Shown here: positions 39,373 through 49,431 of the stretch, piece after piece
Layout: the number at the start of each line of letters is the position of its first letter
How positions within the stretch are numbered: position 1 is the stretch's first letter
Assembly (NCBI GenBank): GCA_035491895.1
Contig: DATJJY010000094.1
Coordinates: 33,025 to 97,024 of the forward strand
DNA: 64,000 nt
From: Gemmatimonadales bacterium
GTDB taxonomy: Bacteria > Gemmatimonadota > Gemmatimonadetes > Gemmatimonadales > GWC2-71-9
Direction of reading: 5' to 3'
Position numbers and translations under genes: made by a program
The notes under the pieces: model-generated
What the model saw: only the letters and a program-made list of their open reading frames with translations
Database searches by the model: none
Told to the model about the DNA's origin: nothing

Positions 39373-40466
39373 CGAAAGGCGCCCCCGCCTTTCCCATCGA
39401 GCCGCCGATCGAGCCGATGCTGGCGAAGGCGGCGGAGACGATCCCCGAGGCCGGTGTTTTCTTGTTTGAGCCGAAGTGGGACGGGTTCCGTGCCATCGTG
39501 TTCCGCGGCAAGACCGACCTCTACATCCAGAGCCGCGACCTAAAGCCGCTGGACCGCTACTTCCCGGAGGTCCACGACACCCTGCTCGAGCAGCTGCCGA
39601 AAGGGTGCGTAATCGACGGCGAAATCGTCATCGCCACGTCCGACGGACTCGACTTCGGTCTGCTGCAGATGCGTTTGCATCCCGCCGCGTCCCGCGTGGC
39701 GAAGCTGGCTCAGGCAACGCCGGCGTCGTTCGTCGCGTTCGACGTGCTCGCTGCGCAGGGCAAGAGCACGATGGACCTGCCGCAAACCGAACGGCGCGCG
39801 CTGCTCGAGAAGATGCTGAGCCAGGCCCGCCCGCCACTGCACGTGACACCGATGACCGATGACCGAAGACTCGCAGCGCAATGGCTCGAGCAATTCGAAG
39901 GTGCCGGCCTCGACGGCGTCGTCGCCAAGCCGGTTGCCGGGACCTACCAACCCGGCAAGCGCGCCATGGTCAAGATCAAGCACGTGCGCAGCGCCGATTG
40001 CGTTGTGGCCGGCTTCCGCTGGCACAAATCGGGGAAGGACGCGGTGGGCTCGCTGCTGCTCGGGCTGTACGACGCGCAGCGGCAGCTGCAGCACGTCGGC
40101 GTGACGTCGTCGTTCTCGATGGTGGTGCGCAAGCAGCTGGTGAAGGAGCTAGCGCCGCTGCGCAAGAACGCCCTCGCGCACCATCCGTGGCGTGGCTGGG
40201 CCGAGGCGGAGGCGACCGGCCGGATGCCCGGAGGCCAGAGCCGCTGGAGCCAGGGGAAGGATCTGTCGTGGGAGCCGCTGCGCATCGAGCGCGTGTGCGA
40301 AGTGAAGTACGACCACATGGAGGGCGACCGCTTCCGTCACGGCACGACGTTTCTGCGGTGGCGACCCGACAAGGACCCGGCCGATTGCCGCTACGACCAG
40401 CTCGAGGTCACGCGCCCGTTCGCTCTGAAGAAGGTGTTCGCCGCGAAATCACGACCAGGCCGATAA
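39369..40466 (+). CDS. ATP-dependent DNA ligase (LigC/LigD-ligase-domain type)
   Basis: Adenylation motif I EPKWDGFR. ...VIDGEIV..., ...FVAFDVL..., LDGVVAKP and MVKIKH motifs. OB-fold C-terminus. Confidence 0.92.
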   Translation: MTKGAPAFPIEPPIEPMLAKAAETIPEAGVFLFEPKWDGFRAIVFRGKTDLYIQSRDLKPLDRYFPEVHDTLLEQLPKGCVIDGEIVIATSDGLDFGLLQMRLHPAASRVAKLAQATPASFVAFDVLAAQGKSTMDLPQTERRALLEKMLSQARPPLHVTPMTDDRRLAAQWLEQFEGAGLDGVVAKPVAGTYQPGKRAMVKIKHVRSADCVVAGFRWHKSGKDAVGSLLLGLYDAQRQLQHVGVTSSFSMVVRKQLVKELAPLRKNALAHHPWRGWAEAEATGRMPGGQSRWSQGKDLSWEPLRIERVCEVKYDHMEGDRFRHGTTFLRWRPDKDPADCRYDQLEVTRPFALKKVFAAKSRPGR

Positions 40467-41735
40467 CTCGGGGTCGTTGGGATCGAGCCGTCCCTGGCGT
40501 GGCCGGAGCTTTGCGGGAACGTTCTCCAGGTTGATGCGGATGCGGGTCCACGTCGTGAACCGTCCGCGCATCGAGTCCACCAGGACGTCTTTCGGTTTGA
40601 GATACGCAGCCACCTTGGCGTGACGTTGCTTCCACCGTTTCAGCCCCTCGAGCGCCTCTTTCTTCAGCCGCGATCGGCCGATTTCGATCAACGGATGCTG
40701 CTCCGCCCGAGCCTTCGACGGCTGTACCCGTTTCGGCTCCCCGGGCTGCTTGCGAAAATGGGGCGGCCACGCGGCGTCGCCCAGTCCCGCGCGCTCGTCC
40801 TGCGCCGCCAGCTCGAGTAGCGCGTCGAGTGATCCCGCGTGCGTGTCGATTCCGGCGTGGCGGTCGCCGATCTCGGCGAAGCGCCGCGGCATCGTGGCAA
40901 GGGTGAAGTCGGTGGGATCGCACGTATCCACCTCGTCCCAATCGAGCGGCGCCGACACGCGGGCCTCGGGGGTGGGTCGCACCGAATAGGCCGAGGCCAC
41001 CGTGCGGTCCTTGGCGTTCTGGTTGTAGTCGATGAAGACGCCGTGGCGCTCTTCCTTCCACCATTTACTGGTGGCGAGCTTGGGCGCGCGCCGCTCGACG
41101 TCGCGGGCGAGTGCCAGGGCAGCACGGCGCACGTCGCCGAACTCCCAGCGGGGCGCGATGCGCACGACGATGTGCATGCCGCGGCTCCCCGAGGTTTTGG
41201 GCCAACCGACCAGCCCCACGTCCGAGAGCGCCGCCTGGACCACGCGGGCCACCTGGCGCACCTGGGGCCACTTGATCCCGGGGACAGGATCGAGGTCCAC
41301 GCGCAGCTCGTTCGGGTGATCGAGATCGTCGATGCGCACGGGGTGCGGGTGCAGCTCGAGGCAGGCGAGATTCGCCATCCAGGCGAGAGCGGCAGCGTCA
41401 CGCGGCACGACTTCCTCGGCAGTGCGCCCGGAGGGGAAAGTGAGCGTCACCACCTCGATCCACGGTGGGCGCGACTCCGGCGCCCGCTTCTGAAAGAAGA
41501 ACTCCCCTTTGATCCCGTTGGGGTAACGCACCAACACGTTGGGGCGGTCGCCGGCGCCGCGCAGCGCCCCCTCGGCGACGGCGAGGTAATAGCGCACCAG
41601 GTCACGCTTCGAGTACTGGGGCTTCGGGAAGAGCACCTTGTCGGGATTCGTAATCGCGACTTCCCGACCCGACACGCTGACCAGCTCCTGCTCGCCGGTC
41701 GGCGCCTTCGCTCGAGGTTTCGCGGCTCGGGGCAT
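40449..41735 (-). CDS. Stand-alone LigD-type primase-polymerase (Prim-Pol) with ~120-aa C-terminal extension
   Basis: ...ITNPDKVLFP...YPNGI.GEFFFQK...RVDLDP...KTSGSRGMHIVV...IDYNQN... are AEP/LigD-Pol motifs. The 3' end overlaps the ligase 3' end by 18 nt. Confidence 0.9.
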   Translation of the reverse strand: MPRAAKPRAKAPTGEQELVSVSGREVAITNPDKVLFPKPQYSKRDLVRYYLAVAEGALRGAGDRPNVLVRYPNGIKGEFFFQKRAPESRPPWIEVVTLTFPSGRTAEEVVPRDAAALAWMANLACLELHPHPVRIDDLDHPNELRVDLDPVPGIKWPQVRQVARVVQAALSDVGLVGWPKTSGSRGMHIVVRIAPRWEFGDVRRAALALARDVERRAPKLATSKWWKEERHGVFIDYNQNAKDRTVASAYSVRPTPEARVSAPLDWDEVDTCDPTDFTLATMPRRFAEIGDRHAGIDTHAGSLDALLELAAQDERAGLGDAAWPPHFRKQPGEPKRVQPSKARAEQHPLIEIGRSRLKKEALEGLKRWKQRHAKVAAYLKPKDVLVDSMRGRFTTWTRIRINLENVPAKLRPRQGRLDPNDPELSAWS

Positions 41736-41756
41736 TCGTGAAAGGATAGCCCATCG

Positions 41757-42386
41757 CTACGGCGAGCGCCCGTAGCGCAGCAGGACGTTGCCCGACGGGA
41801 ACGGCTTGGCTTCGAGCAGCTCCAGTCCCACGCTCTTCGGCACCCCGGCAAGGAGCGACCGGCCGTCCCCCAGAAGCAGGGGGCTGACGATGAACTGATA
41901 CTCGTCGATCAGCCCGTGCTGCGTCAGCTGTGAAGCGATGGAGCCGCTCCCGAAGATCAACATGCCACCGCCGCCCCCCGGCTGTTGTTTCATCTTCTCG
42001 ATCGCCCTCGGGTCGAGCTCGCGCAGCAGGCTCGAGTTGCTCCACGTCACGTCCTTGCGCGTTCTGGAGAACACGATCTTCTTCGCCGCATTGATCCAGA
42101 TCGCCATGCCGCGCATTTCCACGGACCGTTCCGGACCATGGGGACTCGGCGCGGTCCCGGAATTGTCGAGTGCGTGCGGCCAGAACGATTCGAATTGCTC
42201 ATAGGTGCGACGGCCGAAGAGAATCGTGCCCGGGTCGGGCCCGTTCCCCATGGCCGCCTGGCGATCGGCATCGGCCATGATCGAGCGGTCGAGCTCGGGG
42301 TCTTGGACCACCCAACCGAGGCCTCCGTCCGGAGCAGCGAAGTACCCGTCCGCACTCACATGATTGAACGCCACGATCCGTCGCAT
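41757..42386 (-). CDS. Dihydrofolate-reductase-like (RibD C-terminal domain) protein
   Basis: MRRIVAFNHVSADGYFAAPDG...ILFGRRTYE...MLIFGSGSIASQL...DEYQFIVSPLLLG. Confidence 0.88.
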   Translation of the reverse strand: MRRIVAFNHVSADGYFAAPDGGLGWVVQDPELDRSIMADADRQAAMGNGPDPGTILFGRRTYEQFESFWPHALDNSGTAPSPHGPERSVEMRGMAIWINAAKKIVFSRTRKDVTWSNSSLLRELDPRAIEKMKQQPGGGGGMLIFGSGSIASQLTQHGLIDEYQFIVSPLLLGDGRSLLAGVPKSVGLELLEAKPFPSGNVLLRYGRSP

Positions 42387-42399
42387 GCGTCACTCCTTC

Positions 42400-42762
42400 C
42401 TAGTCTCGGGACACAATCGATTGTCCCACGGGGCGAATTTCGATGGCGCCACCGCCCACGACGATCGGGCAGGAGCGCGACAGCTCGACCGCCTGTGCCA
42501 GGTCGCGCGCCTCGACGACGATGAACCCCAGGACCATGTCCTTGGCTTCGGCGTAGGGGCCGTCGCTGAGGACGCCGTCCTTGCCGCGCACCATATGCCC
42601 CGTGGGCTCGAGCGGGAGTCCCGGGCTCTTCAGGTGACCCCTCGTCTCGAGGTCCTTGAACCAGGCCAGCATCGCCTGGATGCTCTGTTGCGCGCGCTCC
42701 GGTCCCATCGCCTCGCGCTGCTCGGCGGCCGACGCTCGAAACAAGTAGACGAATTGGCTCAT
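42400..42762 (-). CDS. YCII-related protein
   Basis: The start was moved to MSQFVYLFRAS after a GAGGAG RBS. Carries the ...LSDGPYAEAKDMVLGF... motif. Confidence 0.85.
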   Translation of the reverse strand: MSQFVYLFRASAAEQREAMGPERAQQSIQAMLAWFKDLETRGHLKSPGLPLEPTGHMVRGKDGVLSDGPYAEAKDMVLGFIVVEARDLAQAVELSRSCPIVVGGGAIEIRPVGQSIVSRD

Positions 42763-42909
42763 TGTGATGGTCTCCTCATGAGCTCCCCAGTCGGGCCCGT
42801 GTGTTGCTACACGCTTGACGAACGAGCCGTCCTCAGCCGGACAATGGTATGGCACCGGTGGCGGCCCCTTCATTAGAGGCGCATCTTACTGAGCGTTCTC
42901 CCCCATGCA

Positions 42910-45135
42910 ATGATCGACATGTTCTTCTCTCGGCGGGTCGCCACCGCCCTCCTGATCGCCCCTGGTGCGCTCGCGGCCCAGGATCCCGCCCGCGTTGCCC
43001 GGCCGGCGCGCATTGCCTCCGTGCCGCACATCGATGGACGGCTCGACGAAGCGGTGTGGCAGCAGGCAGAGCCCTTGACCGGCTTCGTGCAGCGGCAGCC
43101 CCAGGAGGGAGCGCCGAGCACGGAGCTGACCGAGGTGCGCATCCTCACCGACGGTGAGGCGCTGTACATCGGGGCGTGGCTGTTCGACCGCGACCCGGCG
43201 GCGATCGTCCACGGTGAACGGGTGCGGGACGTCGATCTCACCAACAGCGATTATGTCGCCATCATCTTCGATACGTTTGCTGACCGGCAAAACGGCTTCG
43301 TGTTCGCCACGACGCCGACGGGCATCGAGTACGACGGACAGGTGATCAAGGAGGGGGAGGGCGGCGGAGTGTTTCAGCAGGGGCAGAGCCGGGCGCAGGC
43401 CGGATCGGCCGGTGGGTTCAACCTGAACTGGGACGCGAGCTGGACCGTGGCGACCAGCGTGGACAGCCTGGGGTGGTATGCGGAGTTCCGGATTCCCTTC
43501 GCCACGCTGCGGTACGGTAATGCACGGGAGCAGACCTGGGGCCTCAACGTCGCGCGCGGCATCCGCCGCCGCAACGAAGAGTCGTTCTGGTCACCCATTC
43601 CAATTCAGTACAGCCTCTACCGGGTGTCGCGCGCCGGACACCTCGTCGACCTCGAGGTGCCGCGCCAGCGGATCGCCACCATCACGCCGTATGTCCTGAC
43701 GTCGGCACAACACCTCTACTCGCCCGATTCGGTCGCCGCGGTTTGGGACTCGACCAACTTTCCCAACGAGATCGGGGTGGACGCCAAGCTGGGAATCACG
43801 CCGAGTCTCACGCTCGACGCCACCTACAACACCGACTTCGCCCAGGTCGAGGTCGATCAGCAACAGACCAACCTCACCCGGTTTCCCTTGTTCTTTCCCG
43901 AGAAGCGGCCGTTTTTTCTGGAGAACGCGGGCGTGTTTTCAGCCGGCACGCCACAGGCCGTGGAGATGTTCTTCAGCCGGCGCATCGGCATCGATACGTT
44001 GGGCAACCCCGTTCCCATTGCCGGCGGCGGTCGGTTGACCGGGAAGGTGGCCGGGCTCACGGTGGGAGTGTTGCAGTTGTTCACGGAGAAGGAAGCAGGA
44101 ATCCAGCCGGCCAATTCGTATTCCGTCTCACGCGTGTTGAAAGAGTGGGGGAGATCGCGCATCGGCGTGCTCGCGGTGCACCGCCTCGCCACACGGGACG
44201 GCCGCGACCGCAACACCACGCTGGCCGCTGACGGTCGCCTCGCGCTCAGCGACCCGGTGACGCTCGACTGGTGGGTGGCGAAGACCAGCACACCGGGACG
44301 CACTGGCCGGGACGACGCGTTCAGCGGGCGCCTGGGGTTCAAGAACAGCCGGTGGGACAACGGGCTGCGATTCGCGCAGGTGGGGGAGGATTTCAATCCC
44401 GAAGTCGGATTCCTGAGCCGCAGCGGGTACCGGTATTACGAGCCCTCGGTCTTCTACACGATGCCGTTGCAGCACCGCTACCTGCGCTACTGGCTGCCGC
44501 ATATCACCTACCGCGGCTACTTCGGTTTCGACGGCAGCGTGCAGTCGGACTGGCTACACCTCGATCTCGGTCAGGCTGAGCTCAACAACGGCGGACAGAT
44601 CGGCCCGGAGGTGAACATCTATCGCGAGGGGCTCACGCAGCCGTTCGACATCGCGACCGGGGTGACGCTGCCGGCGGGCGTTTACCACTGGACCAGTCTG
44701 GGGTTCGACTTCGGGACCAACCCGAGTGCGCCGCTGGCGTTTCTGACCAAGATCCAGGCGGGGCAGTTCTACAATGGGACGCTGTACGGCTGGACCTCGA
44801 CGACGACGGTGCGGGGATCATCGCTCACCGCGTCGCTGCAATTCGATTACAACCGGGTCCGGCTCGACCAGGGGAATTTCGTCCGGTCGCTCGTGGGCAT
44901 ACGCCTGGGATACTTCTTTACGCCGCGGCTGTTCGTTCAGTCGTTGGTGCAATACAACAACCAGGCCGAGGTGTTCTCGGCGAACATCCGCTTCGGCTGG
45001 CTCAACACGGCGGGGACCGGCCTGTTCGTGGTGCTCAAGACCGCCGACACCGCGACCGGTTTCTCTGCCTGGGAGCGGCCGATTGCGCGGTCGCTCCAAG
45101 TCAAATTCACCCGCCAGTTCGGTACCGGCGGTTAG
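42910..45135 (+). CDS. CBM9-like/DUF5916 exported (probably outer-membrane) protein
   Basis: Signal peptide ...LIAPGALAAQ. ...HIDGRLDEAVWQQAEPLTGFVQRQPQEG...ALYIGAWLFD... is the typical N-terminus of this family. The C-terminal region is large and beta-rich. Confidence 0.85.
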   Translation: MIDMFFSRRVATALLIAPGALAAQDPARVARPARIASVPHIDGRLDEAVWQQAEPLTGFVQRQPQEGAPSTELTEVRILTDGEALYIGAWLFDRDPAAIVHGERVRDVDLTNSDYVAIIFDTFADRQNGFVFATTPTGIEYDGQVIKEGEGGGVFQQGQSRAQAGSAGGFNLNWDASWTVATSVDSLGWYAEFRIPFATLRYGNAREQTWGLNVARGIRRRNEESFWSPIPIQYSLYRVSRAGHLVDLEVPRQRIATITPYVLTSAQHLYSPDSVAAVWDSTNFPNEIGVDAKLGITPSLTLDATYNTDFAQVEVDQQQTNLTRFPLFFPEKRPFFLENAGVFSAGTPQAVEMFFSRRIGIDTLGNPVPIAGGGRLTGKVAGLTVGVLQLFTEKEAGIQPANSYSVSRVLKEWGRSRIGVLAVHRLATRDGRDRNTTLAADGRLALSDPVTLDWWVAKTSTPGRTGRDDAFSGRLGFKNSRWDNGLRFAQVGEDFNPEVGFLSRSGYRYYEPSVFYTMPLQHRYLRYWLPHITYRGYFGFDGSVQSDWLHLDLGQAELNNGGQIGPEVNIYREGLTQPFDIATGVTLPAGVYHWTSLGFDFGTNPSAPLAFLTKIQAGQFYNGTLYGWTSTTTVRGSSLTASLQFDYNRVRLDQGNFVRSLVGIRLGYFFTPRLFVQSLVQYNNQAEVFSANIRFGWLNTAGTGLFVVLKTADTATGFSAWERPIARSLQVKFTRQFGTGG

Positions 45136-45166
45136 TCTGTCGGGCCCGACGCGCTCCCCACCTCGA

Positions 45167-46804
45167 ATGGCCTTGAATCGGGTCGTGCTGCGGCTGCTTG
45201 CCGTTGCCGGGCTCGCCGCCTGCAAGGACGACGTGACCCAGACCCATCCGCCGAATTCCCAATCCGTGTCGGTGCTCACGCAGCACAACGACAACACCCG
45301 GGCCGGATGGAACGCGCACGAGACCGTGCTGACCACGAGCAACGTGAACCAGCAACGGTTCGGCAAGGTGCTCACGCTCGCCGTGGACGACCAGGTGTAC
45401 GCCCAGCCGCTGGTCGTCGGCCACGTCCACATCTCGGGCGGCGACCACAACGTCGTTTATGTCGCCACGGTCAACAACACGCTGTACGCGTTCGACGGCG
45501 ACGACGGCACCCGGTACTGGGTCAAGAACTATTCGGCGCCCGGCATGCGGCCGCCGCGCAATACCGACATGACGGGGGCCTGTGGCGGCTCGTACGCGGA
45601 TTTCAGCGGCAACATCGGCATCGTCGGCACGCCCGTGATCGATTCGGTGAGACAAACGCTGTACGTCGTGGCTCGCAGTACCGACGGCAACGCCTTCGTG
45701 CAGCACCTGCACGCCATCAGCATCATCGACGGGAGTGAAGCGTCCGGCAGCCCCATGCCGATCACCGCCACCTATCCCGGCAACGGTGACGGCAGCGTGA
45801 ATAACGTGATCACTTTCAACGGGCAAACACAGAACCAGCGACAGGGGCTGACGCTCGTGAACGGCGTCGTGTACGTGACGTTTTCATCCCATTGCGACTG
45901 GGGGCCGTATCACGGCTGGGTCCTCGGTTACGATGCCGTCACCCTGCAGCAGCGCGTAGTCTACAATGCGACTCCCAACGGGTATGCCGGCGGTATGTGG
46001 GAGAGCGGTGCCGGGGTGGCGGCGGATGCCGCGGGCAACCTGTATGTGGTGGCGGGCAACGGTACCGTCGGCGACTCCGGTGATCCCACGAACCCGACGA
46101 ATCGTGGGGAGAGCGCCCTGAAGCTCACTCCGTCCGGATCGACTCTGCAGGTCGCAAGCTACTTCACGCCCACCGACTACCAGTTTCTCAACGACAACGA
46201 TGTGGACTACGGCTCCGTGGGTGCGCTGCTGATTCCCAATGCGAACTACTACCTCACCGGCGGCAAGGACGGGAACCTGTATCTCCTGAATAAGGACGCC
46301 ATGGGCGGGTATCAGGCATCCTCCAACCAGGTGCAGCAGGTCGTCCAGCTGACCAGCAGTGAGATGCATTGCCAGCTGGCCTATTACAAGGGAAGCACTC
46401 AGGAATTCGTCTATGTGTGGCCCGAGAACAATCCACTGCGCGCCATCCCGTTCGATCGTGGCACCAACCAGCTCGATCGCCAGATCGAGCGTTCCTTCAC
46501 CCTCGGTGGGCCGACGGGGCACAGCGGGGCCATGCTCACGGTTTCATCGGACGGCTCCAAGGATGGCACGGCGATTGTCTGGGCATCCTATGCCGTCGCC
46601 GGTGATGCGGAACATGACGTCAGCCTCGGCATTCTGCGGGCCTTCGACGCGAATGATATCACCCGGGAGCTCTGGAGCACGCAGCAGAACGTCAACCGCG
46701 ACGGACCGGGGATGTATGCCAAATTCGCATCGCCGACGGTCGCCAACGGACACGTGTACCTGCCCACGTTTTCCAACCAGGTCGTCGTGTACGGATTGCA
46801 ATGA
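45167..46804 (+). CDS. PQQ-like beta-propeller lipoprotein
   Basis: The start was moved to MALNRVVLRLLAVAGLAAC (lipobox). ...VYAQPLVV...VVYVATVNNTLYAFDGDDG..., ...LYVVAGNG... and ...HVYLPT... are propeller repeats. Confidence 0.85.
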   Translation: MALNRVVLRLLAVAGLAACKDDVTQTHPPNSQSVSVLTQHNDNTRAGWNAHETVLTTSNVNQQRFGKVLTLAVDDQVYAQPLVVGHVHISGGDHNVVYVATVNNTLYAFDGDDGTRYWVKNYSAPGMRPPRNTDMTGACGGSYADFSGNIGIVGTPVIDSVRQTLYVVARSTDGNAFVQHLHAISIIDGSEASGSPMPITATYPGNGDGSVNNVITFNGQTQNQRQGLTLVNGVVYVTFSSHCDWGPYHGWVLGYDAVTLQQRVVYNATPNGYAGGMWESGAGVAADAAGNLYVVAGNGTVGDSGDPTNPTNRGESALKLTPSGSTLQVASYFTPTDYQFLNDNDVDYGSVGALLIPNANYYLTGGKDGNLYLLNKDAMGGYQASSNQVQQVVQLTSSEMHCQLAYYKGSTQEFVYVWPENNPLRAIPFDRGTNQLDRQIERSFTLGGPTGHSGAMLTVSSDGSKDGTAIVWASYAVAGDAEHDVSLGILRAFDANDITRELWSTQQNVNRDGPGMYAKFASPTVANGHVYLPTFSNQVVVYGLQ

Positions 46805-49431
46805 CGCCGAACACTCCCGACCGCCTCGCCGCCGTCCTCGCCGACCGCTATCGCATCGAGCGCGAGCTGGGGGTGGGCGGCATGGCCACCGTCTACCTCG
46901 CACGCGACGTGCGGCACGACCGTGAAGTTGCTCTCAAAGTGCTCCGCCCCGAGCTCGCTGCCGTGCTCGGGGCGGATCGGTTTCTCAACGAGGTGCGCAT
47001 CACCGCCCGCCTGGACCACCCACACATCGTCACGCTCATCGATTCCGGGGAATCGGACGGCTTTCTGTGGTACGTCCTTCCCTACATCCGCGGGGAGTCG
47101 TTGCGAGGCAAGCTGGACCGCGAACGGCAGCTGGGACTCGAGGAGGCGGTCGCGATTACCCGCCAGATCGCCGGCGCGCTTGACTTCGCACATCAGCACG
47201 GCGTGATTCATCGCGACATCAAGCCCGAAAATATCCTGTTGCACGAGGGTGAAGCGATGCTAGCCGACTTCGGCATCGCGCTCGCCGTCAAAGAAGCGGG
47301 TGGCAACCGGCTCACCGAGACGGGGCTGTCGTTAGGCACGCCCCAGTACATGAGTCCGGAGCAGGCCACCGGCGACCGCCGACTCGATGCGCGTTCGGAC
47401 GTCTATTCACTGGCCGCCGTGCTGTACGAGATGCTGGCGGGGGAGCCCCCCGTGACGGGCCCGACCGCGCAGGCCATGATCGCCAAGCTGTTGACCGAGC
47501 GGCCGACCCGGCTGCGGGTGGTCCGAGACAGCGTGCCGGAGGGCGTCGACATGGCAGTGGCCAAAGCACTGGCCAAGACGCCCGCCGACCGGTTTTCCAG
47601 CGCGGGGGATTTCGTGGCCGCGCTCCGGCACGCGGTGGCTGCAGCCCCGCCTTCGATCATGACCTGGCGCCGCCGCAATGTGTTGTTCGGAGCCGCGGGA
47701 GCGGTAGCTGTCGTCGTACTGGCGTTCGGTGTCTGGCGTCTGGTGCGGCCTCGACTGCCGGGCCTCGCACTCGGCCGCTCGCAGCAGGTCACCGCCGACC
47801 CGGGCCTCGAGATTCAGCCCGCCCTCTCGCCCGATGGCAGGGTCGTCGCTTACGCCGCCGGAAACTCGGCGCGGATGCGGATCTTTCTCCGGCCGGTGGG
47901 CGGCGGACGAACGCTTCCGTTGACGGACGATTCCACGGCCATCGAGGCACAGCCACGCTGGTCGCCCGATGGCAACAGCCTCCTGTTTCTGACTCGCGGC
48001 GGCGTGTCCATCGCGCCGGCTCTCGGTGGGGAGTCCCGCCCGGTCGTGCCACCCTCGGCGACCGTGAACGTCGCCACGGCGGCCTGGTCCCCGAATGGTC
48101 GCGAGATCGCCTTCGTCCGTGCCGAATCCCTGCTCGTGGTTCCGGTCGACGGCGGCCCGGCCCGCCTTCTCGCGACCACCCTCGACCTGCATTCCTGTGT
48201 CTGGTCGCCGACCGGCAAATGGATCGCGTGCGTGGCTCTGAACTCCGAGTCGGTACTGCCTGGCACCACGTTCGGCAATCTGGCGCCGAGCGCCCTCCTC
48301 CTATTTCCCGCAACCGGCGGCGCTCCGATCCGCCTGGTCGAGGCAAAGGCGTTCAACCAGAGTCCCGTATGGACGCCCGACGGCGGGCAACTCCTGTTCG
48401 TCTCCAATCGCGATGGTCCGCGCGACGTTTACGCCATGTCGCTCTCGTCGTCGGGGCGGTCGCGCGGAGCGTTGACCCGTCTCACGACCGGGCTCGGAGC
48501 GATATCGATTTCACTGTCGGCGGACGGCCGGCGGCTCGCGTACGCTGTGTACACAGCCCGCGCCAACATCTGGTCGCTCCCCATTCCTTCGGGCGCTCCC
48601 ATCACCGCGGATCGCGCGGTGCCGGTCACCAGCGGCAATCAGGTGATCGAATCGATGCATGTGTCGCTGGACGGCCGCTGGCTGCTGTACGATTCGGATC
48701 TGCATGGAAACTCGGACATCTACCGCATGCCCCTGTCCGGGGGCTCCGCCGAGCAGCTCACCGACGACCCGGCCGATGAATTTGCTCCGGATCTGTCACC
48801 CGACGGCCGTGCCATCACGTATCACTCGTGGCGCACCGGGACGCGGGACATCGAAGTGAAGCCGCTCGACGGCGGGCCGGTGCAGCACGTTACCGTCACG
48901 CCGGCCCAGGAGAGCTACCCCCGCTGGTCACCCGACGGACGGACGATCGCGTTCATCAATCAGGTGACCCCGTTTTCTCTGTTCCTGACGCGGAGGGAAA
49001 GCAACGGGCGTTGGTCCACGCCTACGCTGCTCGGCTCGAACGCCGTGGGTGATGCCTGGTCGCCCGATGGGCGCAGCATCGCCTCTGTCCAGGCCGAATC
49101 GGACAGGCGTTCCGGCGCCATCGTGGTCGTACCAGCCGACGGCGGCACACCGCGCCGCGTGTCCGATCTCTTGCCGACGGTGCCCCTGGTGGAGGAGGTG
49201 GAGTGGAGTCCGGATGGCCGGACGCTGTACTACAAGACGCACGATGCACAGGGGCGGGCATCGTTCTGGGCGGTGAACGCCGCAGGCGGACGTCCCCGCC
49301 TGCTGGTCCGGTTCGACGACTTGAGCCGGCTGTCTTCGCGCCGGGACTTCGCGACGGATGGAAGGCTATTGTATTTCGCGATCCAGGACCGGCAGAGCGA
49401 CGTATTCGTGGCTGAATTGTTCGCAAGGTGA
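46801..49431 (+). CDS. Ser/Thr protein kinase with TM segment and C-terminal TolB/PD40-like propeller repeats
   Basis: ATGA overlap upstream. GVGGMATVYLA...VALKVL, HRDIKPENILL, DFGIA and GTPQYMSPEQ. TM segment VLFGAAGAVAVVVLAFGVW. Many SPDG/WSPDG repeats. Confidence 0.93.
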   Translation: MTPNTPDRLAAVLADRYRIERELGVGGMATVYLARDVRHDREVALKVLRPELAAVLGADRFLNEVRITARLDHPHIVTLIDSGESDGFLWYVLPYIRGESLRGKLDRERQLGLEEAVAITRQIAGALDFAHQHGVIHRDIKPENILLHEGEAMLADFGIALAVKEAGGNRLTETGLSLGTPQYMSPEQATGDRRLDARSDVYSLAAVLYEMLAGEPPVTGPTAQAMIAKLLTERPTRLRVVRDSVPEGVDMAVAKALAKTPADRFSSAGDFVAALRHAVAAAPPSIMTWRRRNVLFGAAGAVAVVVLAFGVWRLVRPRLPGLALGRSQQVTADPGLEIQPALSPDGRVVAYAAGNSARMRIFLRPVGGGRTLPLTDDSTAIEAQPRWSPDGNSLLFLTRGGVSIAPALGGESRPVVPPSATVNVATAAWSPNGREIAFVRAESLLVVPVDGGPARLLATTLDLHSCVWSPTGKWIACVALNSESVLPGTTFGNLAPSALLLFPATGGAPIRLVEAKAFNQSPVWTPDGGQLLFVSNRDGPRDVYAMSLSSSGRSRGALTRLTTGLGAISISLSADGRRLAYAVYTARANIWSLPIPSGAPITADRAVPVTSGNQVIESMHVSLDGRWLLYDSDLHGNSDIYRMPLSGGSAEQLTDDPADEFAPDLSPDGRAITYHSWRTGTRDIEVKPLDGGPVQHVTVTPAQESYPRWSPDGRTIAFINQVTPFSLFLTRRESNGRWSTPTLLGSNAVGDAWSPDGRSIASVQAESDRRSGAIVVVPADGGTPRRVSDLLPTVPLVEEVEWSPDGRTLYYKTHDAQGRASFWAVNAAGGRPRLLVRFDDLSRLSSRRDFATDGRLLYFAIQDRQSDVFVAELFAR

